Origin: Lingula anatina
Taxonomy: Eukaryota > Animalia > Brachiopoda
DNA: 64,000 nucleotides
NCBI GenBank assembly: GCA_051362555.1
Contig: CM120648.1
Location: 3,716,587-3,780,586, forward strand
Reading direction: 5' to 3'
The translations under genes were made by a program, and so were the position numbers. The notes under the pieces were generated by a model that did no database searches, had not been told where the DNA came from, and worked only from the letters and a program-made list of their open reading frames with translations. Of this stretch, positions 24,212 through 36,752 are shown one piece after another (position 1 is the stretch's first letter; every line of letters begins with the position of its first letter).

Positions 24212-24455
24212 GACTGGGTTCCCGTACCTAGATCGATCTAAGAGGATCGATCCAGCTCTTGGGGGTTACTCGCTAGATTGCTTTCAGCTTAAGCGGCTTA
24301 GATGTCTGGCACGCCTACTGAAGCTGCTAAACGATAATTAATAATCCCCTTGCAGCTTCAGTAGGCAAGACAGACATCGAAGCTGCTTTAGTTGATTGCA
24401 ATTTAGCTCGAATCCCCTTGGAGATAGATTGATCCACAGTTAGTGCAATGGGGTC
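24212..24455. mobile_element. Degenerate foldback MITE related to 30372-30596
   Basis: Arms ..GATGTCTGGCACGCCTACTGAAGCTGC / GCAGCTTCAGTAGGCAAGACAGACATC..; GATCGATC repeats; right end AATGGGGTC. Confidence 0.7.
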
Positions 24456-24932
24456 TGGAAATGGTTCCATAGAGATCTCGGCTGTTTACTCAGAATTGTT
24501 GCACTCGTTCCACTCTTGAATATACAGTGGCTGTGACTGACAGATGTAACATTAAACAATCATATCTCTATTAAATATATCAGTTTCTACTGGAGAAAGT
24601 TCAAGCACTCAAAAGACCTGCTTTCTAGGAGGAAAAAAGTCTGTATATTTATAGTCTGGTAGGCAAGAAGTGATAAACAGGCGTGTATTTGGTTTTGCCT
24701 GGTGCAGCAGTGTGGTTGCTGGTATAGGAAGCAAGGTATTGGCTGGTTAAAATTTGCTTCTGTTTTTGCTGCGGTGAAATGTTTCAGAGCAGTATGAGTC
24801 ACAAATATTTATAAATAGTATAAGGATATTCTAGCACTCTTCTTGTTTTACTGAATGGAGGTAAGTGCTTGCATGTACTTTTATTTTAAGCCTGTTTTCT
24901 GAACTTTTTGGAAGGAAGAAGGTGCTCAGCCT

Positions 24933-25064
24933 CAGGCCTACCCAACTACCAGACTACCAGACTCGGCACTGAAAGATCCTGAATTCACTGGTAGATCGGA
25001 CCACACTACCCTTTTTAAGGTGTGTGTCAGTACACTCTTCATAGTAAGTGGTTGGGTAGGCCTG
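24933..25064. mobile_element. CAGG-ended MITE with 5-bp TSD
   Basis: TIR CAGGCCTACCCAACTAC / GTGGTTGGGTAGGCCTG; AGCCT at 24928-24932 and 25065-25069. Confidence 0.75.
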
Positions 25065-25679
25065 AGCCTGGTAGCAGAGAGGTGAGTGTCCAGTTGCCTT
25101 TGAAACCCAGGACTTGCACAGGTAGCAGCAGCCCTCACTATATTATATACCCATACGCTAAAGAGCAAAGTTACACCAATGCACCTGAAACTTGTTTTGT
25201 TTTGTGAATAGATGCTGAATCACATTCTGAGTGTAATTCGTAGAGTGCTTAACCTTTCAGCCATCTGCTCTGCCTTTGAAGTTGGATATGCAAGGTGTAT
25301 TTCTCTTGTGCCCTTACTTCCATACATTACATCAAAGAAAGCTTTACAGATCAGAAAAAAAAAACAGATCCACTCTCTCTGTTGGAAAAGTTCTGTGCAT
25401 GGGGGTACAGGCCTACAAACTCTGACTTATGGAAAACACTGGTAAATCTGGGTATGAGGAAGGTGGGGGGGGGGGGGCAAATTTCCTTAACATATTAAAA
25501 TGTTGATTTGCTATTTTACAGATGTAAACCATCAGTTTTGTTAAGCTAGATATATGTAATACTTTAAGAACTATGTAGCTACAAGTTGAAGATGTGATAT
25601 TATTTGTCTGTGATTATCTGTAAGGGTTATTGTTCCCGTTAAAAGTCACTCAAATCTCTTCCTTTCTGTTCCCTTCATG

Positions 25680-25728
<49 letters not shown>

Positions 25729-25959
25729 GCGCATGCACGCAGCGAGGGTGAGGAGGGAGAAAGGGGCAAGGAGCTGTCTCTTCTCCATCTCTTGTCAGAT
25801 TGCCAAAGTAGAAATATGTGTACATACCTTTAGCATGGGTACATAATACCTGTTATTAGGATTTAATGGGATGCCAGTGTTTTTTTTTTTTTTTTTTTTT
25901 TTTTTTGTTTACCTAAGCTGTCATTGCCTGTTATTAATATAGCCAGACCTGACAAAACA

Positions 25960-26169
25960 CTGGGTGTCCCCAAAAAATTGGACTCACTCTTTGATTTCCC
26001 ATTACTAATATACTTTGTTTTGATTGAAATATTTATTGAAGCAGAATAATTACAAAATAACACAGCAGAGAAAAAAAATTAAAATGTTCACACTAACAAA
26101 ACATATTTTTTATAGTCAGTAAAATGTAAAGTTTTTTTTTTTTTTTTTTTTTGGGGGGGGGGCACCCTG
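25960..26169. mobile_element. Tc1/mariner-type MITE
   Basis: CTGGGTGTCCCCAAAAAA ... TTTTTT-G(n)-CACCCTG; TA on the right flank, CA (probably mutated TA) on the left. Confidence 0.65.
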
Positions 26170-29100
26170 TATGTGTCTGCCTTGTGGTGAAAGTGTGGTC
26201 TCTCAGCACAATGGGACACATCTTAACCTGTCAAATTACTGGCAAGGTTGGTGTGTGGTATGATTTATGCTGTCAGAACTGTCAAATTTGAGGGTTGGCC
26301 TTCTCTCTATTTTCATTTGACATTTTTTGTGAATGTTGACAAGTTTTGTAAATGGAAAAAGGTGATTAAAAACAAAAAAAGAAAAAGAGGAAAAAGTTTA
26401 GCCCATGTGTCACGGTTGTGTGAATCGTTTGTAGTTTTTTTTTTTTTATGTAAATGCAGATACATGTATTTCTGATGTTTAAGACACAGTTGCGTGTGCT
26501 CTGGTTAGAATCATTCATATATACAATATACTTTGCCCATGCTTGTTGTTGTAATCTGTGACAACAGATGTAGTACATTTTTGTCCAATTCATCATAAAT
26601 CGATTGATAAGAAAAATAGTGTCATACTTATTACAAAAAAAAAGGAAGATGTTAGGGTTGGTTTGAATGACACAATTTGATATGTGAGATATGTAAGTCA
26701 TCAGCAAACAATAATGGATGTTCATCAAAAAAGGCATGTATAACTTTATACAGACTTCAAAAGTCCATGGTCCAGGATATTTTGATTAAGTATCTTTTCC
26801 TGGTTAAGCACATGTAATAACTCCCATCTTGCACCAACCCACCCAGTCATCTTGACCACAAAATATACTTAGCATGTCAGATCTAAAGGACCATTTTTAC
26901 TGAATTTGGGTTGGCCTTCTGGTTTATACTGCCATTATTTGAACTTTTCACACATTCCACTTACTGCAAAATTGTGCCTTTTTTTGAGTTATTTTTAGTT
27001 ACTTACAAAAATATACTTCCCAAAATAAAGTTGACTAACTTTTCAAAGTCAACCAACTTTACCTTATCTTATGAGAAGCGATGATTCCTGTAAGTGAAGA
27101 TCGAGAAAATTCTGATGCCCAAAGGGTTAAATTCAACTCAGTTACGGGGTTAAATATTCTCTTTCCCTGACTATTTTGTAAGTGGTTAAGAGATATTTTA
27201 GGCTCACTTTGCCAAGGCATAAGAACCTAAAGAACTAAAAACCTAGGTGCACTGAAAAATGTACAATTAAGATGTTTGTTGCAGATAAGCTGTAAAAAAA
27301 AGGGTGTTTTAATGGTTGTTTGCAATGTCTCTTCAGAATGATAGGTGAACTGCATGCAAAATGTCACTGTAATGGCACCAATGGCATGGGAAGATAGGAT
27401 CTTATATTTGTTGTTTATAATCAGTGTGTTGTAAATGGTGATTTAATGTCTTTTAAAAACTACTGAATGAAAGTTGTGGAGATATTTACTACTGTGATAC
27501 AAATTTATCATTGCAGTCAGGCAGCACAGCTGTTTGTAAGTGACCAAGCATAGTCATTTTTTTTTTTTTCGATAAGTGCAGTGCCTCCAAATACTTTTTT
27601 ATTCCTTTATTCTTTCTTATTCCATTTGACTGTCTTTAAACTCTCCTTTCTGCCCTTCTCTTCTCCTCTCTCCTTGAAATCTTCCATTGTGCAGTAATAT
27701 CAACTCAGGTGGGGAGACATGTTTCAAGGTTTCTTCAAGTATGTTTATGTGCACAAATCATGATTTATGAGTTATGACACTTACGTGTTGTTCTAAGATA
27801 AAAATCTCTACAACCCTTCTCAAACACCATTCTTCTCTGTGCTCTAAATACCACAGCTACATTTACCTGTATGTGAGGTCCCCCCCCCCCCCCCCCCGCC
27901 CTCACCCATCCTTAGGCACATACAAATAGCAATTATTATACACAGATTCTTATCAGACATTAACACTGTGCACCATGTTGTTTTAAGATGGCTATCTTCT
28001 TCCCTCACCTCCTCCTGGTGGGTTCTTTGACTACTGTAATTTTCTCTCTGGTAGTGAATAAGGGCTATTATTTATGGATATAGTAAGTTTGGTCAGTGTC
28101 GTCAAGAAAAAGATGGACATAAGATAGTGGTCATTTGGAGAGTATAGTTGTGGGTAATGTGTGGGCAGTGGTTTGGATGAGCAGGTAGAGAGGGCATATG
28201 GAATTGGATGTGCAATAATGTCAGTCAAGTAAAAGGTAAGGCACCGATTTTGAAAGTAAGGGCTAAGTCCAAATAAGATTAACATGCCTCCTGGATTTAA
28301 GTAGTATCATGGGCCATAGGAGCCTACGTGTGCATCTAGTAGACGCCCCTTACCATGTGTAAACGACATGCACCATATCTATTTCGTATGTTATTAAACC
28401 CTAGCAGCAGAATTGACAAGGCCCATGCCGCATTCGTCTTTTACCACAGAGCTTTCGAGTCCTGAAAATGACATGGCTGTGTCTGTTTTGCCACTTACTA
28501 TGTTACATTATTTACTTCAGTGTATTACCCTTAATTTTAAGGGACCGGATATTTATGTCAGTTTGAACAAAGTTTTATTGGACTTATGTAAGTTGACTTA
28601 TATAAGAAGCAGGAACCATACTGTACAGCAATTACTCAGTAACTTTGAAGAACATGTATTTATCACCCCCCCCCCCAAAAAAAAAAAAAAAGATTTATTA
28701 ATAAAACATTTAGAATGTTGACATAAGCAATTTAGTTAGTTTTGTCTTAGAAAGTGCATATTTGAGAAAATGACAAATGTAAAAAAAAAAAAAAAAAGAA
28801 ATTAGCAATCACAAAGTGATTTAAAATTTGGAGTAATTACCATAATGCTATTTCCTCACTTTGACTCTCAAAAAGTTTCAGAAGTCTTTATATATATATG
28901 ATTTAGTAATTTCCGTCATCTCCCATGCATGTTGAGACATGCTGTGTGAGCATGTGATATTGGCATTTCAAATCTTATCACAAGGAGGGATGGATATTAC
29001 CAGACTAAGATTTTAGGTAAGTGTGTATTGATTATGACTAGTCTTCTTTAATTTGGCAGAGATTAGTTTAGGAAAATCTTGTTGTTTTATGATTACTTTT

Positions 29101-29667
29101 TGCCTGTGGGGTAATTATTATGGGAGTAATGTGACATGAAAAATGAGTGTCATGTCATATACTTAAGGTAATGCTCAGTGCCAGATGTTAATTTGCTTTG
29201 AATGAAGAAATCTTACATTATTCTTTTATCATTTAAACAAAGATCTACCAGTATTTCTGACTGTCATAGGCTTAATTTAAATGTTCTAAAATCAAGAAAT
29301 AAGTTTTGACAGCTCATTTTAGAAGTGCTATGCAGAATTACATCTATAGTAGCAGAAAAGTCTTGGCATTTTTTTTTTTTCATTTTTGATGTCATATTTG
29401 GATAATCAATTCTTAATTCATGTATTGAGAAAAAATTGCAAACAGACACTTATTTATAGGTATGCAAGTTCAGTTTACTTTATTTGTGTAATTATGCACA
29501 TTTGGCTAAAAATCTTGTGTTGTTCAATCAATCAAGTCGGGTATTAGGTAATAAAATATGAGCTTTTGTGATTAGTAAAGGAAATGCCTTTCTGGCTGAT
29601 GTCATGAGGTGAGCTTGGCTTGGCATAAGGTGGAACCGGGAAAGAGGTGGATGATTTCAGGCAAGCT

Positions 29668-29669
<2 letters not shown>

Positions 29670-29710
<41 letters not shown>
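29670..29710. repeat. (CT)n microsatellite with CT-rich tail
   Basis: Pure CT run. Confidence 0.95.
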
Positions 29711-29713
<3 letters not shown>

Positions 29714-30371
29714 GATAAAGCTTTATTCTCTCTCTCTCTCTCACTTAATATAGCTTTATTCTCTCTCCCTCTCATTCTCTTTCTCATAGTGACTTGTCTC
29801 TTTCTTTTTCTCTCTCTGGTCATGACTTTTTTTCTCTTTTTCTCTCTCTTGATGTGAATCTTTCTGTCTCCTGTACATAACTGATATAGTAACAGTTACG
29901 TGATAAAAAGCATCCTTTGTGTCCACCCTATCTCGCTGTCCATCTGGTCAGTCTTTTGTCAGGAGATATGGACACCTCATTCATTTAATTACCTTTGAGG
30001 TATCATGAAAGACTTACTAATTGGTTTGGTCAGTTTGTGAAGAGATTTTAATGGCCCATCTGAGGAATACCCAGCCAGTAAATTGCACTTGTAATTGCAT
30101 GGCTGCTTTTCTTAATTGGCCGGAATATTTAGCCTCCAGTTGCTGTCTGTGAAAGTGGGCTCGGGCTGGTTACAGTGTGTGTATCTGCACTCCAGGTTCC
30201 ACCATCCCAGTTATTGCAAAACCAGTCTTAAAAAGATGACTGGTGGAATGGTAGTCAAATTTTAAGTCCACTAGTGAGTGTATGTACATGTGAGTATGTT
30301 AGCTTTAGGAGTTGATTCCAGTTTGGCTGATCCCGAATAGAGCTGCATGGTTGTGTACAAATTTAAACTAA

Positions 30372-30596
30372 GACCCCATTCCCATAGATTTTAGATCGAT
30401 CTATCCCTGTGGAGAGTCTCACTAGAATACTGTCAGCTTAGCTGGCTTAAGCATCTGTCCCGCCTACTAAAAGATGTAAGGGGGTAATTAACTATGGTGC
30501 GCGCTCTGCTGACTGCAATTTCTTGTGAACCCCCAGGGAGTTAGGTCGATCTAAATCTAAATCTCTGGATCGATCTAAATCTCTGGGAATGCACTC
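30372..30596. mobile_element. Harbinger-like MITE
   Basis: Ends GACCCCATTCCCATAGATTTTAGATCGATC / GATCGATCTAAATCTCTGGGAATGCACTC; TAA on both flanks. Confidence 0.8.
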
Positions 30597-31267
30597 TAAG
30601 TGATTGGATTAACTAAAAGAACACAGCAAGTAATGGAATGAAAGCACAATGTATCCTGAGGACATTGTATTTTTTTTTTTTTTTTTTTTTGGTAAAATTC
30701 TTTCTTGGTATATATATTTGGGAATTTTTTTAGTACCAGAGCATTAAATTCTATTAAGGTGAGATGTTATGACAAAAATGTTAGCTTAGGGATTTGATCC
30801 CAGGGTCACTATTTGCTGCTCCCAAACAGAGCAACTGATCTGTTTGAATACTACAATGGTGATCAAATCTTTCTGCTGCCAAATAGAACTCCTTTTAGAC
30901 CAGTCCTCTGTTTATATTAGGCTAATTTCCCTTTGTTTATTCTCCCAAAAATAGGTTTACAGGTATAGCTTATATTTCTGGTATTTTCTAAGGTTTTTCC
31001 TGTTGTTTGTTTACCTTAGCAGGCTAGTGCCAGCTGCTTGGTGCATGGAGGCATGTTGAATATTTATCCCTCCCCCCCCCAAAAAAAAATAGAAAAAAAA
31101 AAAAGAGGCTAAAAATATTGATTTAACATGTGCTTTTCTTAATGATTTTTTTAACCAAATCAACTAAATAGTTTAGACCAAACCCAACAAATTGATTGGA
31201 CTTTTTTAAAAAGTTTTTTGGTAAAAATTTCTGTCAATATGTGATAGAATATAATTATTATTATTAA

Positions 31268-31604
31268 AGGGATAATAACTCTTCGTTTTGGCCAAAAAAT
31301 GGATTTTCCTGGAGTAAACAACAATTTTCCCATACTTACCAATGGTTAATGAATCCATTTTTACATGCAAAGTTAGTCCCTGTTTTTTTTCTAAAAAGTT
31401 TGGTTTTTTGTTAAAATCTCTTAAGAGATTATAACAGAGTATAGTCATCAGTGGAGGTCACGTGGTCTGAAGACAAGCTCAGATATCAGAATAACACCTA
31501 TAACTGCCTTTTTTGTAGTAAAACAGAATATATTATATTTCTATGAGTTGTTTACAATGTTTTTATTGTGAAATATAGATCTCATACGAAGAGTTATTAT
31601 CCCT
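31268..31604. mobile_element. Kolobok-type (T2-like) MITE
   Basis: Perfect 19-bp TIR AGGGATAATAACTCTTCGT; TTAA TSD at 31264-31267 and 31605-31608. Confidence 0.88.
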
Positions 31605-34437
31605 TTAAGCTGCATTTATTTTTTTCATTCTTTATTTGAGTTGTAGGGTTTAGGGCTAAATTGATCCTCTTCTAACAGCAGAATTTTAATGAATTGATCA
31701 GTTGGTAAATATATGAAGTCATTATTAGTCATCAAAATGTCTGTGTCTCCCACTGGCCAAAATGATTTCCAAAAAGCCTAAATTATCCATAGTTGCATCA
31801 ATCAGTGGCGCCATTCATCATAAAAACAACCAATACAAATACATAATTGTGTAGTTACCCACAACACATCAAATTATATCATACCTAGGTATTGATTCTG
31901 TCAATCAAACAAAAGACTGCTGCAAATCTCGCCTTGTATACCTGCACCATTAAAGCAGCTGTCATTATGAGAGTGTTTAAGGAAGAGCTTTGTACTGTAC
32001 CCTTGGAGCAAAGTCGCCTATTGATTTTACACAAAGTTATGTCAGAGATAAGAATTGCTCTGAGTTGGTGAAGATAAAAGCTACACAGACTGGCTCAATT
32101 ATGATATCTTGGGAGTGGATTGGCTTTTAGTAACAGGGAAAACTTGGAAAACCCTTAAAAGATGCTGATATCTAAGTAGCCCCTATAAGTGGTGAGATTG
32201 TTAGAAGTGGCGTGCAGGATATTCATAAGGTGAGAAATTAATGGGAAATTTATTTTATGTATAGTGTTTACTGTTTTGGTGTACTGAGATTTTCTGACTC
32301 TGAAGTAGATTCTGAGGAGATCTGAAACCTTGCAGGGGTTGATTAGACCCTGGGAGGCCAATATTACAGAATAAATTGTAAGTATGTATTAATCACATAG
32401 TGGGAGAGATATAGCTGTCATTAAATGTAAGAGATGGAAGACCCTCTTCTCTAATAAGCTAAAAAAAAAGATAATCTAGATTATAGAAGTTTTTAATGTG
32501 TGCGAAACACCTGGAAGGCAAACCAGTGCAGATGAATTTTATTAGTAACCTAGTTACAGCTGGTTGCATATGTACTGTTGATGAATACAAGGAAGACAAG
32601 CATAAAGGTATGTGTATTGTGTATTGTGTATTTTTATATGTGTACGTGTGAATCTGTGTGTGTGTGCGCAGGTATGTGTATGTATTCACGCTCACTTGCC
32701 CACTTCATATTTTAAACAATAAGCAGCACATTTAAAAGTAACAGTATGTGGATACAAGTCTGTACTGGTATGCTGTTTGTTATTTCATATTGTTCAAATT
32801 CATGGAGAAATCACGTTATGTGAGTACTGTGAGTGACTGATGAGGGGCAGAGCTAGCACCACCGTCTTGTGCAGCTCCAACTTGAAATATATATACGGTA
32901 GAGTATGTGATACTGAGGTGCAGTTCCTTTCTTAATCCATGTCAAGTAGTCTCCAAGGGCACTTCAGGTACCCTGAGAGATGGAGGTAACAGAGGGGATG
33001 AGTGTAAAGCAGGTTATGAGGGAATGGAGAACAATGTTAGGTTCGGGTGGGGGAGGTCACAGTATCTCTCATGAATTTCAGGGCGTTTAAATGACAGATA
33101 ATTAAGGGAAAGGTGAATTGCCCATGTGGAGTCCATGTGGAGTCATTAATAAAGCACGAATTTTGTTTTTGAATTAGCTTTCATTTAAATCCCATGTGCT
33201 TTTAACTTAAATTTTTTCACGTCAAGAGTGATAACTAAATTTGTAGACTATCTGTTAGTTGTTTTCATTTTCTTTACCGAAAGTAGATTGGGCCAAGCAT
33301 TGATTTTCAGAAAAGATTATATGTATCTGATCATGTGACAGAAAACGAGGATCCATTTTATGAGGAAGTGTAATATAATGTCACATTATCTGTTTAAACA
33401 TTTTATAAACATATTTTTTTGTCCACTGAACAATGGACCTACTGTTTAAGAAGTTTTTTTCTTATATATCTTTTCAAGATATGCAATAAGATACCTAGTT
33501 AAATATCTGGTATTTTTATGGTAATATACCAGAACTTAATTCAGTTGGTTTCATTTAAACTCAGAGGCCTAAAAAATAGAGTCCCACAAATTGCTTGCAG
33601 CTGTCATAAAATTGCAAATTATACTTCATCTTTTTATTAATGAGAATTATACAGTAGTAATATGTAGGATGGCCTTGAGCTATTCATAGTGCATATTCTA
33701 ATATCCAACTGGAGTATCATCAAGACAAAAAATAAAACTGCTAGAGTTGATAGTAGCGTTCTGATGGTGGTTAGGGACATGAGAATGATGTCATTTTGGC
33801 AAACAAAATGTTGATTTGTTTGCCATGACTGACGTTGAAAAAAAGTTTTTTTTTAATAAGACAAGGGTACAAAAACCTAATTGTCAACTCCAACTGGGAG
33901 AAGATAAATGAATTATTTGTATATAAAAAGCACAAGCTAATATAGTAAAGAATTGCTTTATTAGATAAATGGATTATGGATAGATGCAAAGTTTTGATAA
34001 TTCAGAAATGCTGTAATACTTCCAAGATGGGCTTCGGCAATGTTATATTTATGGATTTTTGAGTGTTTTTAATAAGCGCAAAGATAATTTAGAAGTGTAA
34101 TGGCTGCAGATAAATGAGGCTGGGAATTGAATATTTATACAAATATGAGTGTTGCTGAATCCATGGAGATTACCAGTGTTAGTTTTTTGTCTGTAGGGAA
34201 CATTTTTAGATCACCGCAGTGGAACTGCATCTGCGTCTGTCTTCACATTTAACCCTCGAGTGAGTCACGCGTATTACGTTGATTTAATCTTAAACCATAA
34301 ATTACTGAATTGCACTCAAAATGACTTGAATGGATATATTAAGATTCACATTGCTTTAAAATGTTAAATATGTAGCAAACTATTGTGCCCCCTGAATTTT
34401 TTCAGTAGTAGAAAATCACTTTAAACTAACTTGACAT

Positions 34438-34642
34438 CAGGCCTGTAGCCATCAATTTCTAAGGTGGAGGTGTGTCTTTTTCTGAAAAAGTATACTTTCT
34501 TATCCCCAAAGTTGATAGAACTTGGGATAAATGCAAATAAAGAACCAAGATCAAATTTAGATTTCAAGGGAACCTTTTATGGTCAGAAGGGTAGATTTTT
34601 TTAACCCCAACCCCACCCCACCCCCATCCAATCATAGGCCTG
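34438..34642 (-). mobile_element. CAGG-ended family copy, opposite orientation to 4898-5067
   Basis: CAGGCCTGTAGCCATCAATTTC..TCTGAAAAAGT..AGATCAAATTT..AGGCCTG aligns with the reverse complement of the 4898 copy; no clear TSD. Confidence 0.7.
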
Positions 34643-35792
34643 TGTTTATCATCATTACTGTTAAATGCCAACAATTTTGACATCGTTGTCTAGGTCTCTG
34701 TATTTCTCTTCCAAATTGGTGTCACTTAACAGGTAAAATAAGATAATTTCTTTCTCTGATTTTCTCCTTTTTAAGAGACTTCAAATCAATATTTTTCTCT
34801 ACTCAACTGTCCTGATTGTTACAATAGGCATGTTTCTCGACATTTTGTTTTTCTATTGAATTTGTAATAGGATTCTCCTCGACCCTCAATGACACCAATT
34901 TAAGCCAGCTTTGCAGTTAAATCCATTTATGCTTGTCTATTGGATACATCAAATGATTGTATACTTTTACTGATATGACATACATTGTTATCAAAAGTTG
35001 GTCGCCTGGGGGTTCTCCTTCTTCTTTGTCTCGACTTTAGCGGTTTATAAATTCATACAAGAACAAAACACATACTATATTAAGCCCCATTTTACTGTTT
35101 GGCCTGTAACTCATTTTATGAATAGAAATTGTCTGTTTGATTGATTTATTGAACTGGCATGGTGAAAAAAAAATTAGAATTATTGGATCTGTGGTCCTCT
35201 CCCCTCCCCCCTTTCCTTTGTTCATTTAGCTCAGCCATAGTTGACAATACTTGCGATGGGCTGCACAGATTACAGGCTTGAGTGGGCTGGACTGTAAACT
35301 GGATATTTATTGCAGTCTTTTAAGACTCAGGTGGCAACAAAGAGATTTAGAACAGGTAAGAAAATGGGAATACACACCTGTGGGGTTAATGGGTATGTTG
35401 GGGTTGTTGCCCTGAGGCTCACTGACTGCCAAAGGCAAGTTGATAACAGTGCTTGTTTTCTGTTTACCTATGAAAATCAGGGTGATGTTTTCTTTCTTTC
35501 TTGTAAATTATTAATTTTTGTTTCTCATTTAAAACAGAACATGCAGACTGCAAACATTAAAAGAGAGCTGATAGAAGAAAGGATAACTTTGTCCTCTCCT
35601 CTCCCCATAAAAATAGCCTTCTGATATGTTTCTTTTTCATTATGGAAATTCGGTCATATTAAAATCATAGTTTATTATGCAGACAGAGAGTCCTGTGTTG
35701 GTTAAATTCAATGACATATCAAGTCAGTCACTGTATTTTAACAAGGGAAGACACTGTGTTTAAGTGTGTTCAGCCAGACCAGTGACTAATTT

Positions 35793-35795
<3 letters not shown>

Positions 35796-35823
<28 letters not shown>
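35796..35823. repeat. (AAAT)n microsatellite
   Basis: Tetranucleotide run (continues to ~35843). Confidence 0.9.
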
Positions 35824-35841
<18 letters not shown>

Positions 35842-36305
35842 ATTGATAACAATAACAATGTGAAATGTTAGTATAAGATTTTAATTTTTTTACAGCCAAT
35901 TTTTTATTGCAACCCATGAGTTAATATTTTGTCCCATAACTACAATTTTATACTAAGTAAAATAGTTTGCAAATATAAACACGATCAAATTTTTAAAAAT
36001 CAAGATTAAAATCACCACTACAATGGTAAAAATTAAGATTAACCTACAGTACTTGAGACACATCTAATTAAAGAAGGTTGCAAATATTCAATATTTTCCA
36101 GTCTAAGATCAGCTGACAGTGTTAGCATACATGTGGCTGCAGGCTTGTATACGTATGTTAAGTCTCTCGTCTTGTCTCAGTTGGCATCACACTTAGGTTA
36201 ACAGCCACTGAGCAGGTAAGATGTTTTGTCTCCTTGTATGAGGTTTGAAGAACACAGTACTGATATTAATCTATATGGAGGTGAAGTATTCGTAATGTTT
36301 GATAC

Positions 36306-36315
36306 TGTGTGTGTG

Positions 36316-36383
<68 letters not shown>

Positions 36384-36687
36384 GGAGAGAGAGAGAGAGA
36401 GGACAGAGAGAGGGTCATTTAGTTTGTGGTCTAAACAACACAATACTGATAATATTTATTTGTGTGGTGATGATATCAATGTTACATTTGTACACAGTCT
36501 GTACAGTGTGGTCATATATATTTTATTGTGTGTGTGTATATGACACACCATGTGTAGGCAGTGATATATGTTAGGAAGGGTGATATAGTGCTTGATTTCT
36601 ACACATGGTCGTAATGTTTGACTGTGTGTGTGTGCGTGTGTGTGTTTGAGTGTATGTGCTTGCATGTGTTTGAAGGAGGTATACAGG

Positions 36688-36749
<62 letters not shown>
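36306..36749. repeat. Cluster of (GT)n and (GA)n microsatellites
   Basis: Long GT runs at ~36306-36381 and ~36691-36749. Confidence 0.95.

Positions 36750-36752
<3 letters not shown>

Noticed and set aside
32837-32920. CTGATGA followed by a GAGCT/AGCTC hairpin and GAAA
   Set aside because: Weak stem II base and no stem I complement; not a credible hammerhead
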